From Nitratidesulfovibrio vulgaris str. Hildenborough (lineage in GTDB: Bacteria; Desulfobacterota; Desulfovibrionia; Desulfovibrionales; Desulfovibrionaceae): a stretch of 32,000 nt of DNA. Positions 7,514-13,415 of this stretch are shown in pieces (within the stretch, counting starts at the first letter, position 1; each line of letters begins with the position of its first letter). The DNA lies in NCBI RefSeq assembly GCF_000195755.1, contig NC_002937.3, forward strand, positions 1,800,001-1,832,000, read 5' to 3'. The notes beneath the pieces were generated by a model. That model ran no database searches, had not been told where the DNA came from, and was given only the letters and a program-made list of their open reading frames with translations. Made by a program: the position numbers and the translations under genes.

Positions 7514-8563
7514 ATGATGGACACGCAGACGCAGCAGCCCCCCGCAGCGAACAGCGGCGACGCGAAGAACACTAGCACCCCCAAGAGAATAAAAGCCTTG
7601 GTAGCGTGGTGGAAAAGCATCGCCAAACTGGTAGCCATTACGATTGTCGTCATCTTTTTAGCCACTATCATCTGGCTCTGCGGAGCACTCGCCACGCACC
7701 ACGGCATCTTCAATTCTAAGGTCAGCTTCGGTGAGTTGGAACAACTCGAAAACACCTTCTCCCCCGTGAATGCCTTCTTCGCTGGTCTCAGCGGCATAGG
7801 CATCATCGTGACCCTCTTCCTGCAACAGACTCAGATATCTGGAGCCAAGAAAGATGCGGAAGAGAATAACGGTAGACTTGAAAAACAACTCACAATTACG
7901 CAAGAACAATTTAAATTAGAAAGATTTGAAAGCATTTTTTTTAACCTACTATCAATACACAACGAAAATTCTAGAGAAATAAGGAATAGTAATTTTAGTT
8001 TTATCAGCCTCGTAAACGATTTAGGAAGTGCAAAAAAAGGACACAATTCACTTTATCAGCAGATCAAAAGCCTAGATGATGCAATAAATTTTATTCCATT
8101 ATCAAAAAAAGAAGCAGCAAAATTCGAATTTGATGAATATTTCAACACAACTGACTACACGATATGCATATTTGCAAGGATATACAAGCAGCACAAGAAT
8201 TCAATTATGCACTACTACAGACACCTCTACCACCTCATCAAATACACTAACAAAACGTTCGACGACGCCCCCGAAAAACGTCGACTCTACATGCGTATCA
8301 TCAGGGCACAATTCACGGCTGCGGAGCACGTAGCTCTCTTTTACAATGCCCTCTACTATGCCGACCCAGAAGACAGAAACGAAGCCCAAGCAGCCGGACA
8401 GCCCGCCCCCGAAGGGCAGCAAGAGAGCACGACGACGCCAGCCAGCAAATTCAAGCGGCTCATTGAACGAAATGAGCTACTGCACGAGATGGACAAGTCC
8501 ATGCTCATCTACCCAGAAATACACGAACATTTTTACGACAAAAAAGCCTATGGCGACGATTAA
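7514..8563 (+). CDS. AbiC-like putative abortive-infection membrane protein
   Basis: Track ORF 7385..8563 trimmed to the ATG at 7514/7517 behind AAGGAAG. Two N-terminal hydrophobic helices (LVAITIVVIFLATIIWLCGALA; FFAGLSGIGIIVTLFL). Then FESIFFNLLSIHNEN and HYYRHLYHLIKY...RIIRAQFTAAEHVALFYNALYY, which I recognise as the putative-AbiC family pattern. Confidence 0.55.
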   Translation: MMDTQTQQPPAANSGDAKNTSTPKRIKALVAWWKSIAKLVAITIVVIFLATIIWLCGALATHHGIFNSKVSFGELEQLENTFSPVNAFFAGLSGIGIIVTLFLQQTQISGAKKDAEENNGRLEKQLTITQEQFKLERFESIFFNLLSIHNENSREIRNSNFSFISLVNDLGSAKKGHNSLYQQIKSLDDAINFIPLSKKEAAKFEFDEYFNTTDYTICIFARIYKQHKNSIMHYYRHLYHLIKYTNKTFDDAPEKRRLYMRIIRAQFTAAEHVALFYNALYYADPEDRNEAQAAGQPAPEGQQESTTTPASKFKRLIERNELLHEMDKSMLIYPEIHEHFYDKKAYGDD

Positions 8564-8577
8564 CACCCCGCCCTGCC

Positions 8578-8979
8578 TCACTGCACCCACGACGGCCTCC
8601 GGCCCTCGTTCAGCGCAGCCCGCAACTCGCGCACCCGCGCAAGGTTGCGTTCGCGCATCTCGTCGGTGATTTCCATCGGCTCATCCCCGGTACGCTGCTG
8701 GTCGAGTTGCGCCCGCACCACCGCCATACGCCGCGCCTCCTGCAATCGCTCGTGCGCCGTGCGAATGTCCGCGCTCGTGGGCCAGAACCGCGAATGTGCC
8801 CGCGCCTCGTCCACCGCGTCGTCGAACTCGCCGCAGGTCATGGCCCGGCAGTCCTTGGCGTAGTCTTCCGCTAGCACATCGATGCTCTCTATCTGCCGCG
8901 ACCGCGGATAATGCAGCGCCAGTCGCACCAGCGCGGCCCGCACATGTGCGGCGGTCAGTTTCAGGTCTCTGGCGTTCAT
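8578..8979 (-). CDS. Hypothetical phage protein (possibly replication-associated)
   Basis: 133-aa ORF whose start is ATGA-coupled to the upstream replisome-organizer-like gene. No diagnostic motif recognised. Confidence 0.45.
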   Translation of the reverse strand: MNARDLKLTAAHVRAALVRLALHYPRSRQIESIDVLAEDYAKDCRAMTCGEFDDAVDEARAHSRFWPTSADIRTAHERLQEARRMAVVRAQLDQQRTGDEPMEITDEMRERNLARVRELRAALNEGRRPSWVQ

Positions 8980-9947
8980 GCGCGCACCTCCTTCTGCTTG
9001 CGGGCCTCCTCCAGCAACCGCGAATACGTATCCGGCTCTCGCCCGGCGTCAGATGCCGCTCCCTGCACGTCGTCCACGTCCGGCGACTTGAGCCACCACC
9101 GTTCGGCAAGGAACCGCTTCAGCCCCGGCGCATAGCCACGCTTCCAGCGCGGTGTCTCGCCCCACTCCTCGATGGCCTGTGTGATGCGTGCCAGCCCCGG
9201 CCACACCCGCCCGGCGCGGAGCATCTTGTACGCATCATGCCCGGCAAGCGGAGCCTCGCAGCGGGCAAGACGGTCGTACAACTCGCGCAGTTCGAGAAAC
9301 TCCATGCTCGCGTCCAGCGCACCGTCGAGCACGTCGGGCGCTTCCGGCTCCACCCTGTCGCCCGACCACTCTTCGGCCTCATGGTGTTCAGGGCAAAGCC
9401 CGTCCCCACCCTCGGGCACGTCTACACGCGCCCGCGCGCGACCTTCGTTCACTGTACTACCTTGGGGTGTAGTATTCTTACTTCTTAACTTCTTAGGAGA
9501 AGGAAGAGGGGTTGACGAACCGTTCCACGCTTTTTCCACGCAATCCAACGCTTCGTTGCGATTCGTTTCCGTGCGGTTGAGCTTGCGCTGCCTACGTGCT
9601 TCGGCTGAGGCCTTCCCTGCTACCGAAGCCGCGACCCTCCGCGCCTCACTGCCTGAAACCCACGGGTTGTGCTCCTCCCAGTCATGCAGGCGAAGCCCCT
9701 CCGCATCTTCGTCAATCCACAGGCCAAAGCAGGTGGCAAAGAACCTCCCCTCTTCCCCCTCCCATCCAGCGGCTAGCTCCACGTCTTCACCATCCATACC
9801 CCGCAAGTTGCCATCAGGCCGATTCTGCGCCGCCCATATCCAAAGGACTTGAAGAGCCATCACGCCCTCAAGACCTAACCGCCTGATTGTCTTCTTTGTC
9901 TTCGGGTGTTGCCAGAAACCGACGGAAATGCGTATGTCCGTATTCAC
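8976..9947 (-). CDS. Phage replisome-organizer-like protein
   Basis: Track ORF 8976..10070. I prefer the GTG at 9947, preceded by GAGGAG (complement of 9957-9962) with a 9-nt spacer. The N-terminus FWQHPKTKKTIRRLGLEGVMALQVLWIWAAQNRPDGNL...ELAAGW...FFATCFGLWIDE resembles Phage_rep_org_N-type domains. Weak assignment. Confidence 0.4.
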   Translation of the reverse strand: MNTDIRISVGFWQHPKTKKTIRRLGLEGVMALQVLWIWAAQNRPDGNLRGMDGEDVELAAGWEGEEGRFFATCFGLWIDEDAEGLRLHDWEEHNPWVSGSEARRVAASVAGKASAEARRQRKLNRTETNRNEALDCVEKAWNGSSTPLPSPKKLRSKNTTPQGSTVNEGRARARVDVPEGGDGLCPEHHEAEEWSGDRVEPEAPDVLDGALDASMEFLELRELYDRLARCEAPLAGHDAYKMLRAGRVWPGLARITQAIEEWGETPRWKRGYAPGLKRFLAERWWLKSPDVDDVQGAASDAGREPDTYSRLLEEARKQKEVRA

Positions 9948-9989
9948 TGTTTTGAACTCCTCGCCATAACTCAACACCAAGGAAATCTC

Positions 9990-10328
9990 ATGCCGGAAAC
10001 AAAACTCGAACTGCCACACAGACCCGCAACGACCATCACCTACGAAGATGACTGGGTGTACATCCAGCAAACGGGCGCATCAGGAGACGTTGATCGCGTC
10101 GCACTGCATTCGGATGACCTTCAAACCATCATTGATTTTCTATGCGACATAGCTGGATTGGAGACTCTCGCCCCTAGCTGGCACTCTCCTTGCGTTGCCG
10201 TTGCTGGCCCTGCCTGTCCGCAGGGCCTTTTTGCTGGCCTACTTCACAGTCCCCCCGGCACGGCCTGTTGCCCCACGCCCACCCGCGCGGGCATCGGCCT
10301 AGCCCCTCCGGGCTTGTGGCCTGTCTGA
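9990..10328 (+). CDS. Hypothetical small protein (end uncertain)
   Basis: ATG at 9990 behind AAGGAAA. The first ~65 aa look protein-like. The C-terminal part is low-complexity and runs through a terminator-like hairpin at 10206-10232. Confidence 0.25.
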   Translation: MPETKLELPHRPATTITYEDDWVYIQQTGASGDVDRVALHSDDLQTIIDFLCDIAGLETLAPSWHSPCVAVAGPACPQGLFAGLLHSPPGTACCPTPTRAGIGLAPPGLWPV

Positions 10329-10416
10329 AATGCGGGCAGTCACGATGCCTCATGCCCAATCCGCCTTTGACGCCACACATCGACCACGGTATCTGCACAT
10401 AGAAAGAGGACTCTCC

Positions 10417-10656
10417 ATGCTACAGGCCGTCACCTATGCCGAGGCCCGCCAGAGGCTTGCGGCCATTATGGACAACGTGTCCGACTCCCATCAGCCAACC
10501 ATCATCACGCGCTACAAGGCGCGACCAGTAGTCTTGATGTCGTTCGACGACTACAACAGCATCATGGAGACGGCACATCTGCTTCAGTCTCCCGCCAACG
10601 CCGCACGTCTCCGCGCATCTCTCGAAGCTGTCAGCACAGTTGATAAGCAGAGCTGA
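10417..10656 (+). CDS. Phd/YefM-family antitoxin (no cognate toxin adjacent)
   Basis: MLQAVTYAEARQRLAAIMDNVSDSHQPTIITRYKARPVVLMSFDDYNSIMETAHLLQSPANAARLRASLE. RBS AAGAGGA at 10404-10410. Confidence 0.8.
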   Translation: MLQAVTYAEARQRLAAIMDNVSDSHQPTIITRYKARPVVLMSFDDYNSIMETAHLLQSPANAARLRASLEAVSTVDKQS

Positions 10657-10661
10657 CGCTT

Positions 10662-11186
10662 CTACCCCCGCCCTTCCCGGCTCGCCGTGTCCCCATGTAA
10701 CCGCACCCACTCCGTGCGGTACTTGGCGCACGTCTGTTCGCATTCGCGCATGTGGTCTTCCATGAGGGCCGCAACCGTGCGCGGGTGCGCCGGGTGCCTG
10801 CCTTCCAGTGTTCGCACCGCTTCGTGCAGCCGTAGCAACGTAGGGTAGTCGTCCAGGCATTCGGCCTCGCACGTCTCCCGGTCGGGGGGCGCTTCGCCCA
10901 CGGGCACAGCCTTCATGCCCAGCGGTTCCAGCAGATAGCCCACCGCCATACGCACCGCCTCTTCCGCCCCTGCCTCCACCCCACGCGCCAACAGCAGACG
11001 CACCCGGTCTAGCGGGTTGCGTTCTGCATCGTCAGAGATGTCGGGGTTGCGGCAGTAACGGCCTATCTGGTTGTGGCCCACAGAGAAGATGCGCTGCATT
11101 CCCGCAAGGCCGAGGGCCTCGCGCAGCGCAGCCATCACCTCCCACGACCGCGCCGGAGGCAGAACTGGGGGGCGAGGCGAGATCAT
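10662..11186 (-). CDS. Hypothetical phage regulatory protein (CII/CP76-like?)
   Basis: Start at MISPRPP (11186), ATGA-coupled to the upstream Cro-like gene. Contains IGRYCRNPD...ERNPLDRVRLLL. Assignment tentative. Confidence 0.4.
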   Translation of the reverse strand: MISPRPPVLPPARSWEVMAALREALGLAGMQRIFSVGHNQIGRYCRNPDISDDAERNPLDRVRLLLARGVEAGAEEAVRMAVGYLLEPLGMKAVPVGEAPPDRETCEAECLDDYPTLLRLHEAVRTLEGRHPAHPRTVAALMEDHMRECEQTCAKYRTEWVRLHGDTASREGRG

Positions 11187-11428
11187 TTCACCCTCGCCAC
11201 AGAGGGCATGGTGGGTGATGATGGAGGGGACGGGGGCCACAGGTCGGGACGGATAAGCGAAAAAGTGAGGCCAAGCCGTTGCATATAGCGAGCAACAGAT
11301 TCAACATCTGGCTCTGCCACACCCCGACAGTGTTTCCAAACAGAGGCTTTAGTCACCCCTGAAAGGTTTGCCATCTGCTCGTAGGTAAGCCCCTTCTCGA
11401 CTCTGAATTTCTCCAGTGCGTTCATCAT
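11183..11428 (-). CDS. Cro/CI-type XRE-family HTH regulator
   Basis: MMNALEKFRVEKGLTYEQMANLSGVTKASVWKHCRG. Track ORF 11183..11473 trimmed to the ATG at 11428. Divergent from a second HTH gene. Confidence 0.65.
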   Translation of the reverse strand: MMNALEKFRVEKGLTYEQMANLSGVTKASVWKHCRGVAEPDVESVARYMQRLGLTFSLIRPDLWPPSPPSSPTMPSVARVK

Positions 11429-11436
11429 GGCTAAAC

Positions 11437-11454
11437 TGTTTACTACGGTAAACA
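11437..11454. promoter_or_regulatory. Palindromic operator candidate TGTTTAC-tacg-GTAAACA
   Basis: Perfect 7-4-7 palindrome in the 63-nt divergent intergenic region between the two HTH regulator genes. Confidence 0.5.
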
Positions 11455-11491
11455 TAAGGTCAAACAAAAACACATCCCAAAGGAAACGACT

Positions 11492-12031
11492 ATGCGCTAC
11501 CCAGAGGGTATGGCTTTACAAAACAAATTTCCGATACTTTGGGATTGTTTCCTTCAGCGCATCAATGACGCGCTCAAGGCGACCACGCAGGAAGAGCTTG
11601 GCCGTCGTCTTGGCGTTGGAAAGAGCGCAATCACCAAATGGCGTCATGGCAGCACCAGAGGGGCCGACCTTCAGGACTTCCTCAGGTATTGCGATGTACT
11701 CGGAATTGATTTTTGTGGAATCATCAACGGCACTCCGACACCGACGTATTCACCGTCACCGTTCGAGATAGCCCTTACCGGAGTGCTGGACAGCTTTCTC
11801 TCCGTCCACAACCTCACGCACGAAAAAGCCGCTTCAAGCCTCTGGCCTGAAACGGCGAACGGTGCAGCCAAACTAGGGAGCATACTCACTGCGAAAGAGC
11901 CACTCACCCCTGAAGTGCTCATGCAGCTGTGCTTGCTGATGGAAGAAGACCCCGGCAAACTGCTGCGCCTTGCCCGTGAACGCGTCCAGCCGGAAGGTGA
12001 GCAAATATCCGGCAACGCCAAGTCCGCTTAG
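11492..12031 (+). CDS. CI-like XRE-family HTH regulator
   Basis: TQEELGRRLGVGKSAITKWRHGSTRGADLQDFLRYCDVLGIDF. RBS AAGGAAA is followed by a 5-nt spacer. Confidence 0.6.
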   Translation: MRYPEGMALQNKFPILWDCFLQRINDALKATTQEELGRRLGVGKSAITKWRHGSTRGADLQDFLRYCDVLGIDFCGIINGTPTPTYSPSPFEIALTGVLDSFLSVHNLTHEKAASSLWPETANGAAKLGSILTAKEPLTPEVLMQLCLLMEEDPGKLLRLARERVQPEGEQISGNAKSA

Positions 12032-12173
12032 CGCTCATCAAGGGCGGAGCAAAGGCAAAGCCACATCGGAAACGCCCTGTGCTGCGCTTGATGAAGCGAA
12101 CATCAGAACCAGATTGAACCAATGCCCTCGTAGGCAACAGAACGCTTACAAGGCTTCAAATTACCACCGTAAC

Positions 12174-12199
12174 GCCCCCGTCAGGGGGGCTATTTTTTT
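12174..12199 (+). terminator. Rho-independent terminator upstream of the dcm operon
   Basis: GCCCCC-gtcag-GGGGGC followed by TATTTTTTT. Confidence 0.7.
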
Positions 12200-12265
12200 A
12201 CCTGCCCTCTGGGTATACTCCCCCCGGTTCAACAACGTTCATAGCAGCCCACACATTCCCATCGC

Positions 12266-13375
12266 ATGAAGCAGCACACGCCCAAACATACGCCCGCCAA
12301 AGCGGTCGACCTCTTCTGCGGTGCGGGGGGGTTCAGTCTTGCCGCCCGCAATCTGGGTATAGAGGTCGTTGCCGCACTTGAGAACAACCACTATGCTGCC
12401 GCGACATACCGCCATAACTTCATAGAAGGCTCCCGCCGCCCCCCCCTGCTCTTTGAGGGCGACATTCTGGCCATATCGCCAGAAGCCTTCATGCAGGCTG
12501 CAAACCTCACTCCCGGCGGAGTCGATATCATCATGGGCGGCCCTCCCTGTCAGGGTTTTTCCACGCATCGCATCAAAGGGGCAGGGATAGACGACCCCCG
12601 CAACACGCTGCTTCTGCGTTACTTCGAATATGTGCAGGCCATTCGCCCGCGCTATTTTCTTGTCGAGAATGTGCCCGGCCTACTTTGGCCTAGGCACGAA
12701 GAGTACCTGCAAAGATTCTACAAACTGGCTACAGAGGCAGGCTACCATGTCTCTCCACCGCAGGTGCTCAACGCACGCGATTATGGCGTTCCGCAAAACC
12801 GAAAGCGCGTTTTCATTCTCGGCACAGCTGGGGGGCACACTCTGCCAGATTGGCCCCCACGCCCCACACACTTCGCCCCTGAAAGCTCTCAGGTTCGTGC
12901 AGAGGGTCTCCCTGCTTGGTGTACAGCAGCACAAGTTTTCGCCACTGAACTGGCAAACGACGACCCAAACGCCATACACCTCAACCATCGTCCAGAAATG
13001 GTAGAGGTGTTCCGCAGCACCCCGCTCAATGGTGGCAGCCGGCAGCAATCATGCCGCGTTCTTCCCTGCCACCGGAATCATAACGGTCATAAGGATGTAT
13101 ACGGCCGCATCAACCCCGACGCTCCCGGCCCGACCATGACCACAGCTTGCACCAATCCTTCCAAGGGGCGCTTTCTTCACCCTACGCAGCACCACGGCAT
13201 CACAGTGCGTCACGCTGCTCGCTTTCAAACCTTTCCGGAGACGTTCACCTTCAAAGGTGGCATCATGGCTGCCAGCGCACAGGTGGGCAATGCTGTGCCC
13301 ATAGACCTTGGCATGGCTGTCATACGCCCGCTACTAAGCGCTTTACCCGCCTGCATAGCACGCCAAAGTCAGTAG
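12266..13375 (+). CDS. dcm: DNA (cytosine-5)-methyltransferase
   Basis: Motif I DLFCGAGG, motif IV GGPPCQGFS (Cys95), motif VI FLVENVPGL, motif VIII QNRKRVFILG, TV dipeptide (GITVRHAARFQTFPETFTFKG), motif X GNAVP. Confidence 0.95.
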   Translation: MKQHTPKHTPAKAVDLFCGAGGFSLAARNLGIEVVAALENNHYAAATYRHNFIEGSRRPPLLFEGDILAISPEAFMQAANLTPGGVDIIMGGPPCQGFSTHRIKGAGIDDPRNTLLLRYFEYVQAIRPRYFLVENVPGLLWPRHEEYLQRFYKLATEAGYHVSPPQVLNARDYGVPQNRKRVFILGTAGGHTLPDWPPRPTHFAPESSQVRAEGLPAWCTAAQVFATELANDDPNAIHLNHRPEMVEVFRSTPLNGGSRQQSCRVLPCHRNHNGHKDVYGRINPDAPGPTMTTACTNPSKGRFLHPTQHHGITVRHAARFQTFPETFTFKGGIMAASAQVGNAVPIDLGMAVIRPLLSALPACIARQSQ

Positions 13376-13415
13376 ACGCTTTTCTTTTTTATCGTGCCTT
13401 GATACAGGACTGGCT

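Noticed and set aside
8681-9852. ORFs 8681..9109 (-), 8796..9488 (+), 9172..9852 (+), 9188..9472 (+) and 9596..9886 (+)
   Set aside because: Alternative frames of the replication-module genes, with Arg/Pro/Ser-rich low-complexity translations and no start context.
10206-10232. Rho-independent terminator GGCCCTGC-ctgtcc-GCAGGGCC-TTTTT
   Set aside because: It lies inside the open frame 9990..10328 and no plus-strand gene ends just before it. Either the ORF end is wrong or the hairpin is incidental, which cannot be decided from sequence. Flanked by the 9-nt direct repeat TTGCTGGCC (10201-10209 and 10231-10239).
12191-12219. Promoter for dcm (TATACT at 12214-12219)
   Set aside because: A -10-like hexamer is present, but there is no acceptable -35 at 16-18 nt spacing; the upstream bases are the terminator T-tract.
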